From assembly GCF_902713615.1 (NCBI RefSeq), contig NC_052158.1, positions 39,361,729 through 39,425,728 of the forward strand: DNA of 64,000 nt. Direction: 5' to 3'. Positions 12,195 through 23,345 of this stretch are shown here, one piece after another. Numbering within the stretch: position 1 is the stretch's first letter; every line of letters begins with the position of its first letter. The notes under the pieces are model-generated. The model worked only from the letters and a program-made list of their open reading frames with translations. It did not search any database and was not told where the DNA came from. The position numbers and the translations under genes were made by a program. Source of the DNA: Scyliorhinus canicula (Eukaryota).

Positions 12195-12470
12195 GAATCC
12201 ATATTCTTCAATGGATGTGGTCTGTCGAGATCACTGAAGACGGCTCCATGAGGAGGTCGATGAGGTTTGGATTTGATGGAAAGGATTATATTAGTTTGGA
12301 GCCAGACAGAATGAGATGGGTCGCATCCAATCACATCGCAGTGAAGACTAAAGAGAAATGGGATTCGGATCAATCCTGGAACAAGCACTGGAAAACATAT
12401 CTGGAAGAAGTTCATGTTCTGCATTTAAATGAATATTTACAAGCTGGAAAGGAATATTTTGGACAGAAAG
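12195..12470 (+). CDS. Class I gene 1, alpha2 exon (92 codons), no cysteines
   Basis: tcag / G-gtatt; GIHILQWMWSVEI..FDGKDYISL..TKEKW..YLEEVHVLHLNEYLQAGK; 276 nt, frame preserved. Confidence 0.96.
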
Positions 12471-12586
12471 GTATTGATTTGAGTTTTGATCCATGTTCTG
12501 ATCTAACTTCACTGATCTATCAAACCGTTCTCCCATTCCATTCAGTGTCTGTCTATTGTTTGTGTTTTCACCCTTTCCCATTACAG

Positions 12587-12865
12587 TTCAGCCTGAAGTC
12601 TTCATCTCCAGAAGTGAGGCCAATAGTCAGTACAAGCCGCTCACTCTCTCCTGCCTGGTTACTGGGTTTTATCCTGTAGACATCGAGGTGACCTGGCTAA
12701 GGAATGGAGAGGTAATGTCTGAGACACAATCCTCGGGGCTTCGACCGAACCACGATGGGAGCCATCAGATCCAGAAAGAGATTGAAATAAATGCTGGGGA
12801 TGAGGATCAATACTCCTGTCAAATTGAACACAGCAGCCTGGCAGAGCCCAAGCTCCATCAGTGGG
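12587..12865 (+). CDS. Class I gene 1, alpha3 (Ig C1) exon
   Basis: ttacag / G-gtaag; LSCLVTGFYPVDIEVTW..RPNHDGSHQ..YSCQIEHSSL; C-W-C core intact. Confidence 0.97.
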
Positions 12866-13080
12866 GTAAGGAACAGGACTGGATATGTGTGTGTGTGTGA
12901 TTATGTATGTGCATGCATCTGTGTGTGTGTGTGTTCGTTTACATGCAATATATGCAATATATACAGTCTATTCAGTCTGTTTTACTGTCAATGAGATAAT
13001 GGATTATTTTGACCTCAATTCCATTCATGAGCCTGAGGAATGAAAACAGGAACCGATCGTCAAGCCGACCTTCCCAGCGA

Positions 13081-13338
13081 GTTCATAGAATCCCTACAGT
13101 GCAGAAACAGGCCATTCAGCCCATCATGTCTACACTGACTCTACTGAGGCTCGCTCCCCATCCCTGTGATCGCACCCGGACGTTGGGCACTAAGGGGCAA
13201 TTTAGCAGGGCAAATCCACCTAACCTGACCATCTTTGGACTGTGGAAGAGCAAACTCCACACAGTCACTCAAGGCTGGAATTAAACTCGGGTCCCTGGCT
13301 CTGTGAGGGAGCAGTGCTAACCACTGTGCCACCGTGCC
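13081..13338 (-). mobile_element. HE1/V-SINE-type tRNA-derived SINE
   Basis: Reverse strand GGCACGGTGGCACAGTGGTTAGCAC A-box head, CCAAAGATG..GTTAGGTGGATT core, GGGATTCTATG tail. Confidence 0.8.
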
Positions 13339-13937
13339 ATCTGAGTTCAGCTAATTCTTCTCTGTGTCTGGAACTCAATCTCTGGACATTTGTGAATCTT
13401 TTCTTTGAGCTGGATTCTCTCACTTATTCTATGTGTTGACCATGGTGGCTTCACTGCAGTCGGTTAGGACTAAGTTCTGCTGTTGGATTGTACCAAGTGT
13501 TTCTTTTGAAGCATTTGCTCTGTTTATCTGTCATTTTTCTCATTATCAGCTCAGCCCAGTTTCCTGTGGTCAGTTTATTCCTCATCCCTTTGAAGTTTGA
13601 TGTGAAAACCATCAGTGATGCTGCCTCCTGGGCCGTACAATGTAACCCTGGAGATTGAGCAAGGACAGGACACAGAGACATTGGGGAGAATTAGAACTGA
13701 ACTGGCCGGGAAGGTAACCCACAGGATTGGGAAAACACGGCTTTGACACTCCCATCAATGGGAATCTTCAGTGACTTCACTGGAGAGTGAAATCGGGCGA
13801 ATGTAAAACCAACGTTCCCACCATTCCCATCAATTCCCAATGGGCGGCTTCAGTTCAAATTGTCCCCAATTAACACAGAACTGGGAATGGATCCGGGAAC
13901 AGAGAGGCAAGCCTCATATTATTCACATGTGTTTCAG

Positions 13938-14054
13938 AAATCCCGGTAAACAGTGGGGAACACTCCAATTTTGGAATTATAATCGGATTAGTCATCACTG
14001 CACTGGCTATTTCTGGGATAATCGGAATAATCATCTGGAAAAGACAACGGAGAG
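13938..14054 (+). CDS. Class I gene 1, connecting peptide/transmembrane exon
   Basis: tttcag / G-gtaag; EIPVNSGEHSNFGIIIGLVITALAISGIIGIIIWKRQRR. Confidence 0.93.
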
Positions 14055-14069
14055 GTAAGAATCAGAGAG

Positions 14070-14830
14070 AGGGGAACGTAGAACTGAGAGGACAGAGTGA
14101 GTGTGGGGGAATCTCCAGTACTGGGAGTACAGGACACTGAGAGGGGAGAGAGAGAGAGAGGGGAATGTAGAACTGAGGGGACAGAGTGAGTGTGGGGGAA
14201 TCTCCAGTACTGGGAGTACAGGACACTGAGAGGGGAGAGAGAGAGAGGGGAATGCAGAACTGAGGGCACAGAGTGAGTGTGGGGGAATCCCCAGTACTGG
14301 GAGTACAGGGCACTGAGAGGAGAGTGAGAGAGAGGGGAATGTAGAACTGAGGGGACAGAGTGAGTGTGGGGGAATCCCCAGTACTGGGAGTACAGGACAC
14401 TGAGAGGAGAGTGAGAGAGAGGGGAATGTAGAACTGAGGGGACAGAGTGAGTGTGGGGGGAATCTCCAGTACTGGGAGTACAGGACACTGAGAGGGGAGA
14501 GAGAGGGGAATGTAGAACTGAGGGGACAGAGTGTGTGTGGGGGAATCCCCAGTACTGGGAGGACAGGACACTGAGAGGGGAGAGAGAGGGGAATGTAGAA
14601 CTGAGGGGACAGAGTGAGTGTGGGGGAATCCCCAGTACTGGGAGTACAGGACACTGAGAGGGGGGGAGTGAGAGAGAGAGGGGAATGTAGAACTGAGGGG
14701 ACAGAGTGAGTGTGGGGAAATCCCCAGTACTGGGAGTACAGGGACACTGAGAGGGGAGAGAGAGGGGAATGTAGAACTGAGGGGACAGAGTGAGTGTGGG
14801 GGAATCTCCAGTACTGGGAGTACAGGACAC
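14070..14830 (+). repeat. ~85-bp G-rich minisatellite (~9 units) after the TM exon, with kB-like sites
   Basis: Unit GAGAGGGGAATGTAGAACTGAGGGGACAGAGTGAGTGTGGGGGAATCCCCAGTACTGGGAGTACAGGACACT; same array in gene 2. Confidence 0.95.
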
Positions 14831-15313
14831 TGTGTTGAATGAACTGATTTAATTCCCACTCACAGATACACGTTTAAACACATCTTGTTCCCGGTCTGAT
14901 CTCCCTTTGTGTGATCAGCCCAGACCAGGTCTAATATTGATCATTAAACCCACCACACAGAGACTTCCAGTGTGCAGCATGATGTGAGTAAGCACACAGA
15001 GGCAGCTCCTGCCTAAGGTTACAGAAACGGCACGGGTTGGAGTTTTGATGAAAAGGAGTAGGTGAAGGGTCAAGGAGTACTTTCCCCCAGGAATAGTATG
15101 TTTCCTGGTTATCAGACCCTCAGAAACAGTGCAGGATTGCGGAAGCAGTGGCAGACAAAGACCTCTGCAGGCAGGCAAGCGGGGGAGGGGGCCAGTTTGA
15201 AGGTCTCAAGCAGACTTGAGGGCCTTTGTGAAGGCTGAATTCTAGCAGCAGTCGATGCTATCCCGACGAATCCCAGTGGGGGAAGGTGTCTAGAGGAGCA
15301 TTCCCCATAATTT

Positions 15314-16159
15314 ATGGTGCTCACCCGGAGTGGGGCAAAGGAGAAAGCTGCAGCAGCTCCCCAAGAAGAGCAGGGGAAGAAAGACAAAATGGCGGCCGGC
15401 GGAACACCCGAGGACTGGTGGAAGTGGGCGCAGGAGCAGCAGGCCTCTCTTCTGCGCTGTTTTGCGGAGCTGAAGGCTGAGTTGCTGGACTCTCTGAATG
15501 CAACTACAAACAAGCTGCTTGGGACACAGGCAGCCCAGGAGGTGTCGATTCGGGAGTTACAGCAACATGCCGCTGAGAGGGAGGAGGAGGCCCTGGTCCT
15601 CGTGGGGAAAGTGGAGTTGCACGAGGCACTTCACAAAAAGTGGCAAGACCGCTTGGAGGAGCTGGACGTTCGCACGAGGCGAAAGAATTTGAGGATTCTG
15701 GGCCTGGCGGAGGGGCTGGAGGGGTCGGATCTCCCGTGGTACGTGACCACGATGTTGAGCTCGTTGATGGGAGCGGGGTCCTTCCATTTGCCCCTGGAAC
15801 TTGAGGGAGCTCACAGAGTGCTGGCCAGGAGGCCTAAGGCAAATGAACCCCCGCGGGCGGTGCTGGTGCGGTTCCATCGATTTAGTGACCGGGAGTGTGT
15901 GCTGCGCTGGGCCAAGAAAGAGAGGAGCAGCAAGTGGGAGAATTCGGTGGTGCGAATCTACCAGGACTGGAGTGCGGAGGTGGCAAAGCGGCGGGCCGGG
16001 TTCAACCGGACGAAGGCAGTGCTGCATGCCAAGCAGGTCAGATTTGGAATGCTGCAGCCTGCGCGTCTGTGGGTGACATACAAGGACCGGCGCCACTACT
16101 TCGAGTCCCCGGAGGAGGCATGGGCCTTTGTACAGGCGGAGAAGCTGGACACGAACTAG
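15314..16159 (+). CDS. L1 ORF1p (coiled coil + RRM/CTD), 281 aa, open
   Basis: RRKNLRILGLAEG, LEGAHR, PRAVLVRF, IYQDWS, LQPARLWV motifs. Confidence 0.9.
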   Translation: MVLTRSGAKEKAAAAPQEEQGKKDKMAAGGTPEDWWKWAQEQQASLLRCFAELKAELLDSLNATTNKLLGTQAAQEVSIRELQQHAAEREEEALVLVGKVELHEALHKKWQDRLEELDVRTRRKNLRILGLAEGLEGSDLPWYVTTMLSSLMGAGSFHLPLELEGAHRVLARRPKANEPPRAVLVRFHRFSDRECVLRWAKKERSSKWENSVVRIYQDWSAEVAKRRAGFNRTKAVLHAKQVRFGMLQPARLWVTYKDRRHYFESPEEAWAFVQAEKLDTN

Positions 16160-16790
16160 TGTCTGGGGACACACTATGGCCGTTGCTGTTTTCGCTGTTG
16201 CTGTTTTTCAATTTTGACAGGTGTTATTTTTATGCTGGTTTTCTTTTTGTTCTGTTTCTGGGTGGGTTTGTCTGTTGGGTATGGGTGTGGGGTATGTGGG
16301 GAACGTTGGGGGTATGTGCTTTATATGTTCGCTTCTGTATGGGGCTGGGGGTTGGGGTGAAACTGGATTTTGAGGAGCTGCGTCAGAAGGGTGGGGTGTG
16401 GCAGTATGAAAGCGCGGGCTTTCCTCTGGTTTCCCGCGCTGCGGGGCAGTGGGGGCGGAGCTGGAGGTGGGGGCGTGGCCTTCACTGGTTTTCTTTCCCC
16501 CGCTGAAGCAGTGCCAAGGAGGTGTGGCAAGAGGGGGATGACCCCATGCCGGGAGGAGATGGGTTTTGGCGGGAGCTGCCGGGTCAGCAGAAGTCAGCTG
16601 ACTCACGGAAGTACCATGGAGGGTGCGTCGCGGCTAGGAGGGGTCCTAGGGTGGGGGGGGGATACCGGGTTGCTGCTGGAATGGCCAGAAAGGAGCTGGT
16701 GTGGGCCGGGGGGGGTAGAGGAGAGGCGGTATCGCCATGGGGAACGGGTCAGGCGGGGCGAGCTGGCCTGGGGCGAGCAGTCGATAAGCT

Positions 16791-19700
16791 GTGGCTAGCC
16801 GGCAGGGGAGAGGGACAGGCTGCCCTCTGATCCGGCTGATTACCTGGAACGTGAGGGGGCTGAATGGGCCGGTTAAGAGAACTAGGGTATTTTCTCATCT
16901 GAAGGGGCTGAAGGCGGACGTGGCTATGCTCCAGGAGACCCACTTGAAGGTGGCGGACCAGGTTCACCTGAGGAAGGGATGGGTGGGGCAGGTTTTTCAC
17001 TCAGGATTGGACGCGAAGAACCGGGGGGTGGCGATTCTGGTGGGGAAGAGGGTGGCGTTCGAGTCGGCTGAGGTGGTGTCGGACAAGGAGGGCAGATATA
17101 TTATGGTGAAGGGTAGGCTGCAGGGAGAGAAGGTGGTGCTGGTTAATGTATATGCCCCGAATTGGGATGATGCCGGCTTCATGAGGCGCTTGTTGGGCCG
17201 CATTCCGGACCTGGAGGCAGGGGGCCTGATCATGGGGGGAGACTTTAACACAGTGCTGGATCCCCCACTGGACCGGTCCAGTTCAAGGACGGGTAGGAGA
17301 TCGGCGGCGGCCAAAGTGCTGAGGGGGTTTATGAACCAGATGGGAGGGGTGGATCCCTGGAGGTTTGGGAGGCCGAGAGCGCGGGAGTATTCCTTTTTCT
17401 CCCATGTCCATAGGGTCTATTCCCGAATAGATTTTTTCATCCTGAGCAGGGGATTGATCCCGAAGGTGCAGGATGCAGAGTATTCGGCCATAGCGATTTC
17501 AGACCATGCTCCGCACTGGGTTGATCTGGAGATGGGGGAGGCGCGGGACCAGCGCCCGCTCTGGCGCCTGGATGTGGGGATGCTGGCTGATGAGGAGGTG
17601 TGTAGGAGGGTCCGGGGAAGTATTGAGGGGTATCTTGATACCAACGACACGGGGGAGGTCCGGGTGGGGATGGTCTGGGAGGCTCTGAAAGCAGTGATCC
17701 GGAGGGAGCTGATCTCCATCCGAGCCCATAGGGAAAGGAGGGAGAGGAAGGAGAGGGAGAGACTGGTGGGGGAGCTCCTGGATGTGGACAGGAGATATGC
17801 GGAGGCACCGGAGGAGGGGTTGCTGGGGGAACGGCGTAGTTTGCAGGCCAAATTTGACTTGTTGACCACCAGAAAGGCGGAGACACAGTGGAGGAGGTCG
17901 CAGGGCGCGGTATATGAGTATGGGGAGAAGGCGAGCAGGATGTTGGCGCATCAGCTCCGCAGGCGAGATGCGGCTAGGGAAATTGGTGGAGTGACGGATA
18001 GGGGTGGGAATGTAGTGCAGAAGGGGACTGAAGTAAATGGGGTCTTTAGGGACTTCTACGAGGAACTGTACCGGTCAGAACCTCCGATGGGGAGAGGGGG
18101 GATGGAGAGCTTCATGAACAGGCTATGTTTCCCAAGGGTTCAAGAGGAGCTGGTAGAGGGGCTGGGGGCGCCGATAGAGTTGGAGGAGCTAGTCAGGGGG
18201 ATTGGACAAATGCAGTCAGGGAAGGCGCCGGGGCCGGACGGGTTCCCGGTGGAATTTTATAAAAAGTATGCGGATCTGGTGGGCCCCCTGTTGGTGCGAG
18301 CCTTCAATGAGGCATGGGAGGGGGGGGCTTTGCCCCCGACGATGTCGCGGGCACTGATCTCTCTGATCCTGAAGCGGGATAAGGACCCCTTGCAGTGTGG
18401 ATCATACAGGATTTGTCAAGGGACGGCAGCTCAACACGAATGTGCGGAGACTGCTAAATGTTATTATGATGCCGGCAGTGGGGGGGAGGCGGAGATAGTG
18501 GTGGCGCTGGATGCGGAGAAAGCGTTTGATAGAGTTGAGTGGGGGTACCTGTGGGAGGTGCTGGAGCGGTTCGGATTCGGGGAGGGTTTCATCAAATGGG
18601 TGAGGCTGCTCTACGCGGCTCCGATGGCAAGTGTAGTTACCAATGGAAGGAGATCGGAGTACTTTAGGCTCTACCGTGGGACCAGGCAGGGGTGCCCCCT
18701 GTCCCCCTTGCTCTTTGCACTGGCGATTGAACCTTTGGCTATGGCGTTGAGGGAGTCAGGGAGATGGAGGGGTCTGGTGCGGGGTGGGGAGGAACATCGT
18801 GTATCGCTGTATGCGGACGACCTGCTGTTGTATGTGGCGGATCCAGAAGGGGGAATGCCGGGGGTGATGGAGCTGTTAGCAGAATTTGGGGGCTTCTCGG
18901 GCTATAAGTTAAATTTAGGCAAGAGTGAGGTATTTGTAGTACACCCGGGTGATCAGGAGGAGGGAATTGGGAGACTCCCATTTAAGAGGGCAGTGAAGAG
19001 TTCCAGATACCTGGGGGTGCAGGTGGCCAGGAGTTGGGGGACTCTCCATAAGCTTAATTTTACCAGGCTGGTGGAGCAGATGGAGGAGGAATTTAAAAGG
19101 TGGGACATGGTGCCGCTATCGTTGGCGGGTAGAGTGCAGTCCGTCAAAATTACGGTTCTCCCGAGGTTCTTGTTCCTTTTTCAGTGTTTGCCCATCTTTA
19201 TCCCTAGGGCCTTTTTTAGAAGGGTGACTAGCAGCATCATGAGCTTTGTTTGGGCGCATGGGACCCCGAGGGTGAAGAGGGTCTTCTTGGAGCGGGGTAG
19301 AGATGGGGGGGGGCTGGCGTTACCCAATCTCTCGGGGTATTATTGGGCGGCCAATGTGTCGATGGTGCGCAAGTGGGTAATGGAGGGGGAGGGGGCAGCA
19401 TGGAAACGGATGCAGAGGGCGTCCTGTGAAGATACAAGCCTGGGGCCCTGGTAACGGCGCCGTGGCCGCTCCCTCCTAAGAGGTATACCACGAGTCCGGT
19501 GGTGGCGGCTACCCTCAAGATTTGGGGGCAGTGGAGGCGACATAGGGGAGAAGTGGGGGGCTCGATGGAGGCTCCGTTAAGGGGGAACCATAGGTTCGTC
19601 CCGGGGAACATTGATGGAGGATTTCAGGGTTGGCACAGAGCGGGCATCAGACAGCTGAGGGACCTGTTTATTGATGGGAGGTTTGCGAGTCTGGGGGAGT

Positions 19701-20482
19701 TGGAGGAGAAATTTGGGCTCCCCCGGGGAACATGTTCAGGTATCTGCAGGTAAAGGCATTTGCTAGGCGGCAGCTGGAGGGATTCCCTTTGCTTCCCGCG
19801 AGGGGGGTGAGCGACAGGGTGCTTTCGGGGGTCTGGGTCGGAGAGGGGAAGATATCTGATATCTATAAGGTTATGCAGGAGGCGGAGGAGGCGTCAGTAG
19901 AGGAGCTGAAAGCTAAGTGGGAGGGGGAACTGGGGGAACAGATCGAAGACGGGACATGGGCTGATGCTCTGGAGAGGGTTAATTCTTCCTCCTCGTGTGC
20001 GCGGCTTAGCCTCATCCAATTCAAGGTGCTGCATAGGGCCCACATGACTGGAACGAGGATGAGTAGGTTCTTTGGGGGTGAAGACAGGTGTGTCAGGTGT
20101 TCGGGGAGTCCAGCGAACCATGCCCATATGTTCTGGGCATGCCCGGCACTGGAGGAGTTCTGGAAGGGGGTGGCGAGGACGGTGTCGAGGGTGGTGGGAT
20201 CCAGGGTCAAGCCAGGATGGGGACTCGCGAGTTTTGGGGGTTGGGGTGGAGCCGGGAGTGCAGGAGGCGAAAGAGGCCGGTGTACTGGCCTTTGCGTCCC
20301 TAGTAGCCCGGCGAAGGATCTTGCTACAATGGAAGGATGCGAGGCCCCCAAGCGTGGAGACCTGGATCAATGACATGGCGGGTTTCATTAGGCTAGAGAA
20401 GGTCAAATTCGCCCTGAGAGGGTCGGTACAAGGGTTCTTTAGGCGGTGGCAACCTTTTCTCGACTTTCTGGCTCAACGATAG
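16791..20482 (+). pseudogene. L1 ORF2 (APE endonuclease + reverse transcriptase + C-terminal zinc knuckle), internal deletion and frameshifts
   Basis: TWNVRGLN, GGDFN, SDH; GKAPGPDG, LDAEKAFD, RQGCPLSP, LYADD; RC..C.....HMFWAC; segment between GSYR and FVKG deleted at ~18409; frameshifts near 19450, 19730 and 20220. Confidence 0.9.
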
Positions 20483-20963
20483 GGTACAGGGACAGTAGCA
20501 GCAGCAACCCGGGGGGGAGGGGGAGGGAAAAAGGGGGGGGGGGGGCGGACAATGACTATGTTTGTTTATTTAATTTTAACTTATTTTTAAGTTCTTTTGT
20601 TGTGCATTGGGGTTGGGGGGGGTGGGGGGGATGTGATACATGCGTCGATACGGTCTGGGGGTGTTACAGTTATGGGTTATTTTGTTGCATTTCATTGTCT
20701 GTCGTTATGTTTTATATTTTCTGTAAAAAATTCCAATAAAAATTATATTTTAAAAAAAACCCACCACACACACTCACATCCTCACCTACTGAATATGGAT
20801 GGTATGGAAGAGATCTACAGGATCTCCATAAAGTGGAAGGATGGAGGGGAGTGTGGGAATGAGTATTTCTCACACAATCTCCATTCCCTCACACTTGTTG
20901 TGTTCTCACTCTCTGATAATGGATTATTCCCCATTCTAACTGACATTTATTTTCCTTCTGCAG

Positions 20964-20996
20964 ATTCACCGAGTGGGATCTACACAACAGCTCACA
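20964..20996 (+). CDS. Class I gene 1, cytoplasmic exon (DSPSGIYTTAH)
   Basis: ctgcag / A-gtaagt, 33 nt phase 1; homologous exon at 45804-45836; Tyr in a GxY context like class I tails. Confidence 0.85.
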
Positions 20997-21849
20997 GTAA
21001 GTGACTGAGAGACAGATTGTTGGGAAGCAAATAGACGGGATTGAAAGTTGTAGAATTATATTCTCCTGGGAATAACTCAGGGTTACACGGGGAGACTCTC
21101 ACCCTCCAATCCCTCACCCTCCATTCTCTCATCATCCACTCTCTGACCCTTCACTCCCTCACCCTCTACTCCCAGAGTCAGGGACATGAAGATTAGAAAT
21201 AGCAGCAGGAAGGGGCCATATTCCACCCTCAGTAACAACCTGACTGAATCTCAACAGCAACAGGGAGATTGGAAACTGTTCTCCTGGGAACAGAGAAGGT
21301 TAAGAGGAAATTGAATTGAGGGTTTTTGGGTGATGATAGGTTTTGTAGATGAGATGGAGAAAAATGATTCTCTCTGGTGAGTGATCAATAACTCGCGGTT
21401 ATAGATTTCAAATCATTGATCAGTGATCCTGAGAGGAGAAGAGGAGAAATATTTTTCACTCTGGGAATGTCGGGATGTGGAATGTTACAGCTGGCAATGT
21501 GGTGGAAGCTGATTCCATCAATAATATTAAAAGGAAGCTGAACAGATATTGAAGATGAGGAAATCACAGGGATAAAGACAAAAAGTGAGAATCTGGGAAA
21601 AAGCATGATGTTTCTCTCAAAGGGACAGCACAGCTAGATGGGCAGATTTTTCTGGGATTTTGCTTCAACTCGGTTCCAATTCTTCTTTCCTGCATCATTC
21701 CCAGTATCCTTGCTGCCCCTCAGTGCTCCAGAATCACTGGATCCCAGTGCGGACCGTTCTCACTGCCTGATCATCCAGAATCAGTTGGAGAAACAGTTCC
21801 AAAGATTCACAACTGTCAGAGAGAAGACATTTCTCATCATTTAAGTCTC

Positions 21850-23345
21850 TCCCTCAGCCTCTACTCTCTCCACCTTCACTCCATCTCCCTAACCCTCCAC
21901 TCACTTGCCATCCTCACCACTCTCTTACTATCCACTCCATCATCCACCAATTCCTTATCCTCCACTTCCTCACCCTCCATTCCTTCACCCTCCATTCCCT
22001 TGTCTCCACTCTCTAACCCTCCACTCCTTCACCCCACACTCCATCAGCCCCCATTCCCTTACCCTCCAGGCACTTGCACTTCACTCCTTCACCCTCCACT
22101 CCCTCACACTGCACTCTCTCACCTTCCACTCCCTCACAGTGAACTCGCTCACCCTCCACTCCCTCACACTGCACTCGCTCACCCTCCACTCCCTCACAGT
22201 GTACTCTCACCCTCCACTCCCTCATACTGCACTCGCTCACCCTCCACTCCCTCACACTGCACTCGCTCACCTTCCACTCCCTCACACTGAACTCGCTCCA
22301 CCTCCACTCCCTCACCCTCCACTCCCTCACAGTGCACTCGCGCACCCTCCACTCCCTCACACTAAACTCGCTCACCCTCCACTCCCTCACAGTGCACTCT
22401 CCCACCCTCCAGTCCCTCACAGTGCACTCTCTCACCCTCCACTCCCTCACACTGCACTCACTCACCCTCCACTCACCCATCCTCCACTCGCTCACCCTCC
22501 ACTCCCTCACCCTCCACTCCTTCACAGTGAACTCGCTCACCCTCCACTCCCTCACACTGCACTCTCTCACCCTCCACTCCCTCACAGTGCACTCTCTCAC
22601 CCTCCACTCCCTCACAATATACTCTCTCACCCTCCACTCCCTCACAGTGAACTCGCTCACCCTCCACTCCCTCACACTGCACTCTCTCACCCTCCACTCC
22701 CTCACACTGCACTCTCTCACCCTCCACTCCCTCAGTGCACTCTCTCACCCTCCACTCCCTCAGTGCAATCTCTCACCCTCCACTCCCTCACACTGCACTC
22801 TCTCACCCTCCACTCCCTCACACTGCACTCTCTCACCCTCCACTCCCTCAGTGCAATCTCTCACCCTCCACTCCCTCACAGTGAAATCTCTCACCCTCCA
22901 CTCCCTCATACTGCACTCGCTCACCCTCCACTCCCTCACAGTGCGCTCGCTCACCTTCCACTCCCTCACACTGCACTCGCTCACCCTCCACTCCCTCACA
23001 CTGCACTCGCTCACCCTCCACTCGCTCACCCTCCACTCGCTCATCCTCCACTCGCTCACCCTCCACTCCCTCACAGTGCACTCGCTCACCCTCCACTCCC
23101 TCACACTGCACTCGCTCACCCTCCACTCCCTCACCCTCCACTCCCTCACACTGCACTCTCTCACCCTCCACTCCCTCACACTGCACTCTCTCACCCTCCA
23201 CTCCCTCACAGTGCACTCGCTCACCCTCCACTCCCTCACACTGCACTCTCTCACCCTCCACTCCCTCACAGTGCACTCTCTCACCCTCCACTCCCTCACA
23301 GTGCACTCTCTCACCCTCCACTCCCTCACAGTGCGCTCTCACCCT
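21850..23345 (+). repeat. 15/30-bp C-rich satellite (CACTCCCTCACAGTGCACTCTCTCACCCTC), left part
   Basis: Direct periodicity; resumes after the Gypsy insertion. Confidence 0.95.

Larger units (their letters stand above)
14960..20756 (+). mobile_element. Full-length L1-clade LINE with 14-bp TSD, defective ORF2
   Basis: TSD AAACCCACCACACA at 14946-14959 and 20757-20770; AATAAA plus A-tail at 3' end; ORF1 and ORF2 below. Confidence 0.93.

Noticed and set aside
3805-12865. Assignment as classical class I, class II, W-category or CD1
   Set aside because: Three-domain alpha1/alpha2/alpha3 exon layout excludes class II and W architecture; lost anchor residues argue against classical; FDGKDY, TKEKW and NQT motifs are class I type. 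No gene symbol given without a phylogeny.
15557-20406. Antisense ORFs over the L1 and opposite-strand ORFs over the Gypsy
   Set aside because: Shadow frames of GC-rich coding sequence without recognisable motifs.
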